Origin: Phoronis australis
Lineage: Eukaryota > Animalia > Phoronida
NCBI GenBank assembly: GCA_002633005.1
Contig: NMRA01000087.1
Location: 501,393-565,392, forward strand
Direction: 5' to 3'
Length of the DNA: 64,000 nucleotides
Made by a program: the position numbers and the translations under genes. Under the pieces are notes generated by a model. The model had not been told where the DNA came from and did no database searches. It saw only the letters and a program-made list of their open reading frames with translations. Positions 48,538 to 61,702 of this stretch are shown here, piece by piece; positions within the stretch are counted from its first letter, which is position 1, and each line of letters begins with the position of its first letter.

Positions 48538-48882
48538 AAGGATACCAAACCCGGTTTTGGCGTATTAACACATACTAAAAACGACTTTCCTGCCAAGTTC
48601 TCTGAAACAAAATGATGCTCTGCAACCCTCGACAACTCTCAAAAGTTTTGAGGAAAATTTGAAAACTGCCAAGCGAGCAAGCGTGACTTACGCTTTAAGA
48701 GAATTACACAGCACCTGCGGGAAAATACCCCTCACCAAGGGCAATACTGACCAATTTGTAGGAGAGGTTATGTGTTTTTAGTTAATTCCTGCTTTTATCT
48801 TTCAAGATTGACACCAATGATGCTTCAGCGGGTGACAGAGCAAAGATTAGTTGAAATCATCAAAACGTGGTTTTGTATACTT
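48538..48882. mobile_element. ~350-bp MITE family, copy 1 (copy 2 at 56255-56608)
   Basis: Two similar copies; TIR aaggatac(c/t)aaa...tttagtatcctt preceded by TTAA (Kolobok/piggyBac-like target). Confidence 0.65.
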
Positions 48883-49803
48883 CTACGCATTGAGTGAGTG
48901 ATAGTTTCTGTTCATCTCACGTACACGAGTGAAAAACGTGTCTCTGTTTGAAGGGTTTCTGCTCGGGAGGAAGTGATTTTCAAACGAGTGAAAATGGTTT
49001 TCAACTCGGATGGTAAAGCGCAAAAAAATAAAAACGAATAGAAAATTTGAAAATGTCAAAAATTCATGCCATCTTTGAGCCACCGTACTTCTCTGAAAGC
49101 ATGGTTTAAGTAGTCTTAAAAGGTTAAATCTGTTATGCAATAAAATACTGTGGTCAATAGAATAGGTGCTAGACATGAAGTCCTAGTTGTTGTTCGCTGA
49201 CTGTTTGAACCAACTTCATCCGTGTGACAAACATCACGCTACCTCATGAAAACATGATATGTTGCTTACGAAATACGTATCGGGTAAAGAGAAGGACCTC
49301 TTTGGAAAAGGTAAAAATTTTGTACTTGTGTTACATTGAATTTATAGGTACACTAAAGTTTTTTCCAATTCCCAGAAAAGGTGTCCTTCAAAGTTTTTTC
49401 ACGCAATACATTTTCTCCAGCTCAGAATTCATTTACAGAAAAATGAATATTGGGTACATTTTGTTCCATTTCTTCCTACATATGCATTATGTAGCTAACA
49501 ATAACAAAATGATGAATAGAAGATCCTGTGTCTCTTAAAATCCAAGGATAACAAGATTGTGAGAAAAATCATTGGAAATTTGGATGTGACAGGTTTGAAG
49601 CAATCTTCTGAACTCCTTCTAAAAATCCTCTACACAACTGCATTCCTAGAAATACGCACCTGGATTTTGACTAAAACGGTGTAACCTGTATATTATTCTA
49701 AAATATTGCTTTTGTTGCTTGCTTGTATTGTGTTTTAGTATACTGTGGTCCTCAATAAAGTGTGTGCGTGTAAGTGTGCGTCCGTCCGTCCGGCCGTCTG
49801 TCC

Positions 49804-50048
<245 letters not shown>

Positions 50049-52194
50049 TATGTATACGTATACGTGGCTATTTATACAACCAGCTATGTTTTATTGTATT
50101 TTACAAATTGTTACATAAGTTAATAAACTTATTATCTTTCTCTATCTCTCTAATCCCAATGCCGTTGTCCGTTTAATTTTGAGAGCGTACGCTTTCCAAA
50201 CAAATTTAAAGAATATCGAATTAAATTCATGTATAAGATTTCTACTGGCGGTTTGGTAAGCTTGAAAACAAACGTCATTGTTGATGTAGAAAAAGGTTTT
50301 TTGTTGGAAACAGCTGTGAGATTTGACGACCGTTTAAAGTGTACATATCTAGTAGTCTAGTGCTGGGTCATTATCGGTTTTACGGCCGAAAAACGCATTT
50401 TTAAAATTACTCGTGAAGTTATGAGCTTCAACTAGAGCCATAAACCAACAAAATCCGTTTTCATTTGTTGATTTTACTACAAATCGCATATTTTCGCAGT
50501 CTGCCAGACTTTCGCTGAAATTAAGGCTGGTGACTTATTCATCAAAACCCGCTGTTTACCTCCGCCATTAGAGCGTTGGACTGCGACCACGTTGGTTACA
50601 TGTTCGATTCCGCGCTGAGGCTGATCTGAAATATTTTTCTCGCCGACAATGTCCACAGTGCCGAAAACTGGCTTGTAAAAGCACCTGAGTGACACTCACT
50701 TTCAACACCACAAAAAGTGCTTTCGGATTTATCTCTCCTGTTACGTGATGAATGCAGAGAACGAATTTGTGTCAAGTTTATTTGGTACCCGTTAGTCCTC
50801 ATGTCTCACTTCCTAATGCCATTATGTGTTTTCTCTCATTGCATGCAATCTACCTGTTTTTTATATTACAAAATTGTTGCTTTCGATATGCAAAAACGTG
50901 TTATTTTCTTCGTACACCTTGAAAGGCCTATAGGTAAAAAACTAAGAGGTCAACAAGTGCAAAATTGATGATTTTTTATCAGAGCCACACCACGATGACA
51001 TACACAAAGTTTAACTTGAATCCGAAAGATGATCTCTACAGTGATTTTTTGAACTCTTTTGATTTTCTTGTGGAATGGCTTTTAACTTATTCGCTATGTG
51101 GGACTGCGTCATGCAATCTGCCACTGCTCTCTTCTCTCTGCTCTGTGGTCAACATGGAATTCGACGATCCACCTACTGTTGGATTTTTTCTTCGTTGCAA
51201 TGTTCTTAGGGCCAAACCTTTTGGTATAAAAGGTCTGAGGGAAAACGAAAAGGTCTAGAAATGTTGTGGTGGCATTGATAGAGAATTAAATTAGAAGGCT
51301 GGCGGTTAAAAAACAATACTGACATGTCGGCCTTGTAACTGATCTCACTTTTTAATGGTAAGTTCTGCTGTAAAAAATGAGCTGGGCACATACAGTGTAC
51401 CACTCACTGGTTGAAACTATAATTATTCTACACTGTATGTGATGCCGTCAGTACAATTTGACGCCTTGTCATTTTTTCAGAATCTTAATGTTTGAAGAGA
51501 TGAAAAAGACCACTTCGGAAGGACCTTCAGAAAATCCTTAGGTACACTGCCGTAGGTGACATGGAGGTATCCTGAAGAGCACGATCACTTCCGCAGTAGG
51601 AAAAAGTTAACATTCACACCGCCAGCACGAATCTGTTAACCGGATTTGTCTTGATCAGATATCACCGATTATTGAGGACTGCTTCACATATATTTTTATG
51701 GTCAACTGGTAACTTATCAAAGTTTGTTTATTAAAATTGGTTAATGACTTGAAAATTTATTTATTCGCATAAAAAACAACAAGGCAAATGGATACTTGTG
51801 CGGAATATCATTTTTCGTATCTCCTGTAAGTCTCGTGAGTCAGTGAGACGAAAACAATGTTCCAAAATCTGTTAGTTCAATGGTCACAGATTGCATGTCT
51901 AACCCTATTGTTATACACGAAAGAGGATTTAACGATCGAAGTCAGCAAATTTCCGTCTTCGTGTCTAACTTGGTCTTATATTCCTGAGGCTGTAGTTCCT
52001 GATCGTCATTTCCGCATCCGGTGACAGTCGCAATAACCACGACTTCTGCAGCATGGTCGCTAACATCGGTGGATCGACGGCCATCGCGCAAGTACATACA
52101 TATAAAATGTGATCCACCACGTGAACAGTCTGAGTGAAGTATTTAAAAAATCTGTCGAAAAATGAAAAAAACTTAGGAATTCGAAGCGTATGAG

Positions 52195-52324
52195 ATAAAT
52201 ACAAAACGTACCTCGATTGGCGTAGATGAAGTAATATCCCACCCGACATTATTCCGCGTATCGACCTCGACCTTCTCTTTCGGTCGATACGCGGAATAAT
52301 GTCTCATGTGATATTACTTCATCT
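52195..52324. mobile_element. Long palindromic (foldback) element centred ~52274; right arm continues at 53445-53482
   Basis: gacattattccgcgtatcgacc/ggtcgatacgcggaataatgtc hairpin; arm symmetry resumes after the TIR insertion. Confidence 0.7.
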
Positions 52325-53444
52325 TACAGTCGCTTGGGTTTATCGCAAATGACGTCACTCAATAATATATAAAAGAAAACATAAAGGTTGGACACTTAAA
52401 CTTTGCCAAGCCGAGGCTCCCAACTTCAATCGTTTAAAATCCAAATAAAATCTGCGTGCACCTCCCTCAGTCTGATGTTGCATAAACCTTCGAAGCCTTA
52501 TCTTTCCTAGATCCCATTAACTGTCTTCGTGAGTGGTGAATTGGCGATGGAATTTCCAAAACAATCTCAAAACTCTGAATTCAAGGACATGAAATAGTAA
52601 ACATGGCGGATTTCAGTTGTGCTTCAACTTGTACGCCTGTCATAGGTGAAACTTCGAGTTTGAGCAAGCAACCTATATTTCAAATTCAATAATTCTAATC
52701 CAAAACTCAACTAATTGAGAATGTTAAAGTTAGTATTTTAATGATTATTCGTAACTTTATTCCACTGACGGCTCATTTTAGCCCTTAACTTAGAATTTTA
52801 TTACATAAACTGGCGTATCTTGTTTCTCATCTTGACATCACGCACTTTTTTGATTGAAGCACAACACACACTCGACCAGGAAACGCAGTCCGTGCAAGTA
52901 TTACAATGCGCGTGGCCGACGAGTTAACTCAATGGTTTTGGCCAAAAGTAAAATCTTCATAAGAAATCGCAGTACACAAAAAACTTCGCATATCAATACA
53001 GTATCAGGATAATTTATATTTGACACAAATATGTGAGCAATTACATTTATTTGGCAATAAAGTGCTCTCTGCTTCTCATGATCAAGTAGTCGAGGGATTA
53101 ACGATGAAAGCCGCGCGAAATTAAACTTTCGGATTTAGCTCAGGAGCGTCCGTCAAAAACCCGGATGTGCGAAGACCGTCTGCCATGACATCACGGTATC
53201 ACTTCCTTGAATTTGTGATTTTGGCATTCTTTTGGCATTTTTGTTGCCAAATCACCACTCGAAGGCAATTTGAAGAGATCGAGTGAAAGAAAGTATTCTA
53301 AGAGTTGTCCGATGCTAGTTTCGTGGAGTTCCATGCACATTTGAGTAGAAAATTCTGAGCAAACAGATTTCGAGTGTCCAACCTTTATGTTTTCTTATAT
53401 ATATTATTGAGTGACGTCATTTGCGATAAACCCAAGCGCCTGTG
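52325..53444. mobile_element. Non-autonomous DNA transposon, ~70-bp TIRs, 8-bp TSD CTTCATCT (P/hAT-like)
   Basis: TIR (t/c)acag(t/g)cgcttgggtttatcgcaaatgacgtcactc...; cttcatct at 52317-52324 and 53445-53452. Confidence 0.9.
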
Positions 53445-53629
53445 CTTCATCTATGCCACTCTCGGTACGTTTTGTGTATTTAGCGCGGGTCTTTGTTTTG
53501 TTTAATGACATTCACTACATGATTTATGATTTGATGCGCGTTTGTAAGCGTCTTTACTTGATGAACACTTTAGTGGATGGAATCTTACGAAGTTGTAAGT
53601 TTTTGAAGTTTTTAAACGTCGTATTTAAT

Positions 53630-56141
53630 GTAATTTCAGTTCCTTTCAGCCAATATTTAATTTTACTCAGTTTATGTATGCATACTATCTGATTTTAGTG
53701 TTTTAATCTTTGTAGAAACGTGTACTCACTATGCCAAGAATATAATAAAGATTTAGCCGCGCACATAGTTTAACTCCTCTTCCTTCAACACGAGATAACT
53801 TGACGATCCGCTACACCATTGACAAAGATTCTGAAGCTAGATCGAAAGTGAACCGAAAGGTGTCGATGAGTTGACAGTCGGTATAACGTGACAAAATGAT
53901 AAAATTCTGCGAATTCAAGCAAGAGAGAAATTGGTCGAAGATGAGCTAAGTATCGCTGAAGAACAATTAAAAATAAAAAAGCGAGAACAATTACTACAAC
54001 TGAATACGGAACTCTTTGAAGCTCACGCTCATTCTGACATGATAGATCACTATTCTAAAGATTTTACATCAATAGCGCCTTCTTTCCGCCAGTCTTGTAC
54101 CCATTTGGCTTTGATACAGATAGTTCTGAGAACATCGTATTTATGTTGACATTGCCCAGATTCGCACTGTCTACATTTCGTGGAGTCCCAATGGAGTATT
54201 TTGCATTTACTAATGCGTTCGAGTCTCAGATAGAACAATGGCTGAGTAATGACATTGGTAAATTGTATTACCTTGTGCAGTATACTGCAGTAGATGTCCA
54301 AGACTTGGTCAAAAGTTGCTTATTGAAAGGTGACTTCGAAGAGGCTAAGCGACTTATCCGTAAGCAATGTGGTTGGACATATAAAATCTTCGCTTCTTTA
54401 ATGAGCAAATTTTATGCTATTAAGTTCTAAAACATGGAACTATAATAACGGAGTCAGAGCAGTCTGATGAAACACTGTCCTAACACTCTGCAGACACTAG
54501 GTTTCCTCTCTGAGATTGATAACCTAGAGTTCATGAGAAAGATTGTTGCCAAGTTACCGTTTGACTTAAAGAAAAGAAGGTCTGCTGTAGCTGACAGTAT
54601 TGATGAGTTTGAAACTCGTAAAATTGAATTCAACGATTTGCTATTATTTGTTGAGCGATAGGCCAGGCAGTCAAACCATCCTGTATTTGGTGTTGTGTCA
54701 TCGTCCACATCCAGTTCGGGAACAGCCGTACAGAAAAAGACTTGGTGTGCTGCGCAGACTACACCATCAACATCCTGTATGGTATGTAACGGTAGCCAAT
54801 TCTTAAGCAACTGAGCGTGGTATTCAAGGAAATGGCATTGAACGAGAGATAAGCCACTTTGAAGAAACATGCAGTATGCTTTAACTACTTCATGAGAAAT
54901 CACAGATCTCGTGCTTGCAGAAAGCCCCGAGTATGCAGTGTTTGTCAAGGAGAGCTAATACATTATTGCACAAGTTTACGCGTCATGGTACAGAAAATGA
55001 ACCTGTTGCGTCTGCTCAATCAAATACAACCACGGCAAATATTCGTTTTGTCAGTTCGAAATCTGTCCCTTTCATCAGTCTATCGATTGTTCCTGTAAAG
55101 GTACGTGCTGGAAATGGTACTGTACATGTATACACGAATGCGTTCTTAGACAACAGGTCTAACTGCACGTTTTGTAGCCATGAGTTAGTGAAGAAGTTGA
55201 ACCTAGCAGGTGATAAGAGATGTATGAATTTGTCGAAGGTTGCCTCAGAATGCTAAAATTAAAGCAGGTGAGTGACTTACCTGAGGACAGAATCACAGCT
55301 GACAAACCGGTGTTTAGTTTTGTTGGAGTTAACTTTTTCGGTCCATTCGAAGTTAAATGTGGACGCAGTACAGTGAAAACATATGCTTGTATATTTAGTT
55401 GTTTTAAGTACGAGAGCCATGCATATCGATATTTGCCACTCACCGGATCACAATTCATTTATTAATGCATTGAGGCGTTTTAAATCGCGGAGAGGTACGC
55501 CTGAGTTAAGCCGAAGAGATAATAGAACAATTTTTGTGGGAGGTGAGCGAACACTGATAGAAGTCATACAAGAGTGTAAACAGTCAACTGTTCACGACTT
55601 ATTAGCGCAACGTGAAATCCAATGGAAGTTTAATACGCCATATGCATCATACCATAGTGGTGTACGTGAACGTTGTATTCGTTCTGACTATCAGAAGAGT
55701 GTTAAACACCGTACTCAGTGAACCAACTTTCAGTGATAGTAACATTTATGAGTGAAGTAGAATGTATTCTAAATGATCGACCTCTGACCCCAGTCCCAGA
55801 GGATCCATATGAATATCGGTGTTGACATCTAATCATTTGTTATTGTTAAGAGGCAACTGTTGTGTGCCCCCTGGCGTTCTCAAGAAAACCGATGTCTACT
55901 CCATTCGTAGGTGGCGACAGATTCAGCATTTAGCTGATCTATTTTGGAAACGTTGGCTTTCTGAATATTTACCACTTCTGCAATTAAGACAAAAATGGGA
56001 TGAGGTAATTTCATTTCCCTTCAAGCGATATTTACTTTTACTCAGTTTAAGTATACCTACGTATTTTATTTTAGCACTTTAAACTTTGTAGAAACGTTTA
56101 CTCACGATGCCAAGAATATAAGAAAGACTTGGCCAAGCACA
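53630..56141 (+). mobile_element. Decayed, internally deleted BEL/Pao LTR retrotransposon (gag, Zn knuckle, protease, integrase; RT/RNaseH missing)
   Basis: LP..LSTF.G.PMEY..F..AF..; C-FN...HRSRAC..C..C; IVPVKV...AFLDN.S; GVNFFGPF..IFSC..TRAMHID..FINALRRF..RRG; WKFN.P; [22 protein letters not shown]; LTR-like repeats 53630-53765 and 56005-56141. Confidence 0.9.
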
Positions 56142-56254
56142 ATGCGCGTAACTTTGGGAAAAGACTACATATCAAAAAACCAAATGACGCATTTTCTAAC
56201 ACAAGTAAGAGGCTATGGTTTAATGGTGTTTTTATCGTTCAAGTGAGATGTTAA

Positions 56255-56608
56255 AAGGATACCAAATTATTTTTTGGTCAATTTATAGACATTAAAAACG
56301 GCTTTCCCACCTAATTCCCTGAAACAAAGTAATTATAACTCTCGACAACCCTCAAAAGTTTGGAGGGAAATTTGAAAATTCCTTTTGAAGTCTGCTAAAG
56401 GGACAAGCAAGAATGGCCTACGCTTTAAAGGAATTACAGTCAAGGCAACTGTGGTGAAACCATAATTGATATTCAATCTGTGACATAGAGAGTAGTAGAG
56501 TTTTTAGTTGATTCTTGTTTTTATCTTTCAAGATGAGATCCAAGTATGCTTTAGGAAGTAACAGAACGAGGATTTGTTGAACTCATCACAACAGGTTTTA
56601 GTATCCTT
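56255..56608. mobile_element. ~350-bp MITE family, copy 2
   Basis: Similar to 48538-48882; TIR aaggatac/gtatcctt. Confidence 0.65.
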
Positions 56609-57759
56609 GAAATCATGGTGGTTTAGTAGCGGACATAACGAGGATTGACTGGCATTACAAAAACAGAAGGTTTAGCGCCCCTTTATAGAGGAATGTTTAC
56701 CTTTGGAAGGCATTTTGGTCAGTTTGACGGGTCTCACTTGCACTTAAGGTGAAAGGCTTTGGAATCTCGTCTGCGAGTTTTTGCAAAATATTATTGTCAA
56801 TTCAAACCAGGAGTGAGACCGTGTCATGAGAAAGATGCATAATGTTGTAATTCTAATCGATCTAAAGGTAAAATTACCATTGATGTTGCTTTCTGGGCAT
56901 CTAAAAATGCATTTCCAATTCGACACTTCCATGCAATACGCACCGTTTTCGCTGCACTCACTGTTTGTAATCTTCACCAGCTTGTTGTTGAGTTTCAAAC
57001 ATACCTTTAGCCCCTTTTAGGCGTTTTAGGATTTGAACTTTCACCCTGAAGTGTAAACCAAGCAGTAAAACTTCAGCGTTCGTGAACATTGTCCAATGGA
57101 TGTTCAAGCTAATACCCTCCTACCTGCTGTTCAAAAAACTTGTTGTAAAATTGGTCTCAATCACTCATTATCTCTTTACTTGTGTGCTTGAAGAGAGCAA
57201 CTTACATTTCGGTAGTGCTCGAGACCAGGTTCAAGCTCGACAGCTAACGCTATTTTGCTAGAGAATTCTGCAAAGGACTGAACTAAGATGCCACTTTAGG
57301 TGAAAATTGATGTTTTTTGTCAAGGGATGTATTGACTTTGACAACTTCGAAGAAATGTAACTCGTCTACTTCGACAATTCTATTACTGAGGGAATACAAG
57401 AAAAATTCTTGATCTTATCACACAACGTCTTGAAAATGTTGTAATTGCGCAATAGTTTTTATTCACTTTCGAATCTTCTTCAGCTGTTCCACATTATTAT
57501 CACTATTCCATTCAGTTGCCGTATACTTTCCTCTCACACATCCAAAAAGCTCTTCAATCATTTTAAACGTCCTCTCTCTGTAACAGCGTTTCTATGATTA
57601 ATACGTCAATTTCTGTTTCGTATGAATGGTGGAAAAACGTCACCGCCATTGTTCATAGTTTAACCTAGCCAGCCAGTTAGCTGTATGAAGACTAGCGTCA
57701 AAACGCAGCCAGGTATCACTGTGTGTTAATAGATAAACTTTAGTCTAATACTGGAATAA

Positions 57760-58442
57760 AAACTTATTAAAATTAGCGACGTTGCGTCCGCATCTCACGG
57801 ACTTCAGCTTGGCTTGTAACTTTATCGTTATTCTGGCCAATTGGTGGCGTTTTGACCAGACGGCGCGGCATTGACGTCAGAACACCATCCCATACGTGTG
57901 GCAAATTGAATCTTAAACCCGCCTCTTTTATTTAAAGAGGGACTCTCAATGCGCTCATGGAGAGCTTCCATTACACCCCTTCTGAACCAGTCTTCCTCAC
58001 AGTCTAGGATAGTGACATCATAAGTAATGAAATCATGTCCAGTGGCGCACAGGTGGCTAAAAATCATCTGTTTTCTCAACTCGATGTCTCAAAATTTTCA
58101 TGTGATAATCTTCCATAGACACCGAAATTGCACACAGCCAGGGTAGTTCTGCTCGTAACCTCGCCGTGAAACTTGTATCAACATGTAGAGCTAAAGACCG
58201 GACGGGATGCATGCAAAATCTGTGAGTCAACCGACACTCGCCTTGTCCGTTACACCCGTTTACGTGAAAAACAATGCAACAAACGTCATTTTCTTGCGTA
58301 ATTCTCCACCTTTTGTAACAAAAGTGTGTCGTCGTTTTGAAAACAGTACGCTCGTGACACGCCCACGAGCTATTCTCGGCAGATGATGATGGCTTAGCAG
58401 CAGCCACAAGCGCTCGGATTTCCAGATCACTCATAACCATAT
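57760..58442 (-). mobile_element. Penelope-like element remnant (RT fragment, GIY-YIG, degenerate hammerhead)
   Basis: VMSDLEIRAL..KP; DVCCIVFHV.GC..C; IFSHL..TGH..DVTILDCEEDWFRRGVMEA..ERIESPSLNKRGG. Confidence 0.8.
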
Positions 58443-60244
58443 GAAACATAAAGGTTCGACACTTAAACTTCGCCGAGCCGAGGTTCCTAACTTCAACTGT
58501 CCAAAATCCAAATAAAATCTGCGTGCACCTCCCTCAGTCTGGTATTGCATAAACCTTCGAAGTCTTATCTTTCCTTGATCCCATTAACTTTCATCGTAAG
58601 TGGTGAATTGGCAATGGAATTTCCAAAACAATCTCAAAATTCTGAATTCAAGGACATGAAATAGTAAACATGGCGGATTTCAGCTGTTCTTCAACTTCTA
58701 CGCATGTCGTAGGTGAAACTTCGAGTTTGAGCAAGCAACCTATATTTCAAATTCAATAATTTCAATCCAAATCTTAACTGTTTGAAATGCTACAGTTAGT
58801 ATTATAATTATTATTTGTAATTTTATTACACTGACAGCTCATTTTAGCCCTTAACTTAGAATTTTATTTCATAAACTGGCGTATCTTGTTTCTCATCTTG
58901 AGATCACACACTTTTCTTGGATGAAGCACAACACACACTCGGCTAGGAAACGCTCGGCTTCTTAGACGGAGATTTTCGATGCGAGAATCGCGGGAAATCG
59001 TCTGAAGATGCCAAATTTTCGATATTTTATCCAATAGCCCAAGGCCAGCAAACTAAGTTCTTCGCTTAAACAGTTTTTATTGGCCCATTGGTATGAGAGT
59101 TGACACGTGAACAACTCACAGCGTCGTATTCCCGTGCGCGTTCCAAAATTATTCTCACAGAACACTTTTGCCTTCGTGGCGTGAGGACGAGTATTCCAAG
59201 CAGGCAAAAGTTGGTTTCCATAAAATGTTTTGTTAAAGGTCCCACTAGTGATGTCCTCTTAGTTTTCGAAATATATATTCCACTTGCACAAATGTTTTCC
59301 AAGATAATTTGGATACCTCATCAGTTATTAGTAAGTCGAGTGTTGTCAATTTTTTCTTTAGGTCAATGAAGTCCAGTTCCTCATTAATTTTGTGGAAGAG
59401 CTCCTCGTTTGAAAATCTCCCATCTCTGAGGCCACAATAGTGATGTTAAGTTTCTCCTCCAATATTTGATGATGCAATTCCAGTCGGTGCGGTTAAAGCA
59501 ACATTTTTTGTCAATAACTGTTCGTGTGTCATGAGCTTTTTGACTAATGTAGATTTTACAGTCCCTGGTTGCACGCAAAGTAAAATATTATGACCAGTGA
59601 CCACTGCTCGAAAAACATCTGCTTCTGACATGTTACATTTAGTAAGCTAAAAAACGATCGAACTCCAGGAAACGCAGTCCGTGCGAGTATTATAATGCAC
59701 GTGGCCAACGAGTTAACTCAATGGTTTTGACCAAAAGCAAAACCTTCATGAGAAATCACAGTACTCAAAATAACTTCGCATATCAATACAATATCAGGAT
59801 AATTTATATTTGACAAAAATATGTGAGTAATTACATTTATTTGGCAATAAAGTGCTGTCTGCTTCTCATGATCAAGTTGTCGAGGGATTGACGGCGAAAG
59901 CCGCGCGAAATTAGACTTTCGGATTTAGCTCAGGAGCGTCCGTCAAATACCCGGATATGCGAAGACCGTCTGCCATGACATCAGGGAATAAGTTCCTTGA
60001 ATTTGTGATTTTGGCATTCTTTTGGCATTTTTGTCACCACTCGAAGGCAATTTGAAGAGATCAAATGAACGAAGGTATTCTAAGAGTTGGAGTTGTTCGA
60101 TGCTAGTTTCGTGGAGTTCCATGCACATTTGAGTAGAAAATTTTGAGGAAACAGATTTCGAGTGTCCAACCTTTATGTTTTCTTACATGTAGTAGTGAGT
60201 GACGTCATTTGCGATCGAGGAACAGACAAACCCAAGCGCCTGTG
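58443..60244. mobile_element. Second, longer copy of the 8-bp-TSD TIR element (left end truncated) containing a PIF1 helicase fragment
   Basis: 58443-58953 and 59667-60244 align to 52377-53444; extra 722 bp between aggaaacgc repeats. Confidence 0.88.
59255..59631 (-). pseudogene. PIF1-family (SF1B) helicase N-terminal fragment, frameshifted
   Basis: GHNILL..QPGT(V)KST (Walker A), VALTAPTGIASSNIGGET (motif Ia), LDLLITDEVSKLS..F.QVEYIFRKLR (Walker B). Confidence 0.85.
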
Positions 60245-60989
60245 GCAGCAGCAAAATTTCTTCTGAATACATGTAATGAAGTGAAAGCAGTTCCGATAAT
60301 TTATTGTGAAGTTAAAGCAACCTCGTGAAACAGCGACTGTTCTTTGAAGAATCGGCGAAAAAAGAAACTGACCAATAGGTGACGCAATCTTTCATGGCGC
60401 CGGAAGCCGACGCAGAAGATCGCTCCACAACTTTAGCAGCAGATTAACGGAACAACACCAATTTTTCCTACACCATTAAATAATTTAGTTTATTAAAGGA
60501 AGAGTGTAGTTTTTAATGACACTTATTTTGTGTCAGTTTTTTACCCGCATCGGCGTCAGGCTAAGTTTAACCTTGCCATCTGGTTCTCGGGTCTACTCTG
60601 ATTCGAAATTGAAGTTACTTTACCACACGTTTTTTCCTAAACAACATTCATGAGTTAATAGACTCACCGCAGACAGCCCAAGAGTTATTATCTCTGCGGC
60701 AAAAGATGTTACAGGTGTGTCTCCGATGATTTACCAGGAGTCACTGGTACGGTGCGCGGCTGTAGACGCTGTGCGACTGGGTTTAAAATCTTTTACAGGC
60801 CTAACTATCCCCAATTCCCGTACCAAGGTGACTTGTTTGCGTCAGATGTGATGTGCGACGTCTGTGTTGGAAGTTCGCCCTATGTTACGTTGATTTCTTT
60901 TGTTGGATTTCAGAGGATGATTCATAGATCGCAATGCAGACATCCAGAGGAGGTTTGGATGCACTTCTGACTGTAGAGTCGTCAAAGTT

Positions 60990-61702
60990 TTGAATTCCCA
61001 TGATGACGATTTAACACAGCATGTGTAATGACCACCCGTCGTGTTTCTCCCATGGTGTTCAATGACTGCTATTATTTTATAGCCAGAAAGGTTATACGCG
61101 AAATCTGCGCCTTGATTTTTGACCATTAGTGGCGGTTCGTAAGACGTGGATACAAAGATATTTTGGCGGTTTTAATAATGACCAAGTGAGCTGGCCTCTG
61201 AGACTATTACAACTCAAATCTTCGATGTCCAACGACGTCCATAGACTGTGCCACAACTCCTGCATTGTTATTGTTTTTCTCTGTGTTGGAGGGAAGACTG
61301 TCAACTCCCAGCCCATCTGTGTGTTTTTTCCTTTGTTGTTGAGCAGTTGCTACAACTCCTAGTTTGTTTCTTTACGAGTTGGAAGGTACCTGTAACCTCA
61401 GACGATACATTATCAGGGTTGTAAGCAAGTGTGTCTACGTGCCATTGGTTCAGTAGCCATAGTATAAACTCATTGGCATCCTGTTGATTTCCGTTGCCAA
61501 GAGAGATGTTCTGTGATCTTAGTTTATTCAAAATTTCAGACGGGGTTGATGTATACCTTTTGGTTGTTTCATATGTGTTCACAAGAATGGTTTTCATATT
61601 GTTTTACTTGTTAATATTGTACTTGAGCCAGATGAGGTTACATGAAAAGATAGCTTAGAGTGTAGAGTTCACAAAACTCTTGTTTCCAATGTTGCGAAGG
61701 CC
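60990..61702 (-). pseudogene. Ubiquitin-specific protease (peptidase C19) domain, intronless, with stops and frameshifts
   Basis: Cys box (catalytic codon now AGT at 61676-61678), QQD box, His box GHY at 61025-61033. Confidence 0.85.

Noticed and set aside
53438-53444. CACAG terminus resembling RSS heptamer (Transib/ProtoRAG)
   Set aside because: TSD is clearly 8 bp rather than 5 bp, no nonamer, no RAG-like coding sequence.
56620-57660. Possible decayed ORF (also 48079-48399 and 51206-51403 with FRFP, THAP-like)
   Set aside because: Many stops and no motif set I can recognise with confidence.
60365-60410. Cluster of CCAAT, TGACGCAA, CATGGCG, CCGGAAG promoter-like motifs
   Set aside because: No downstream gene identifiable; short motifs occur by chance and within transposons.
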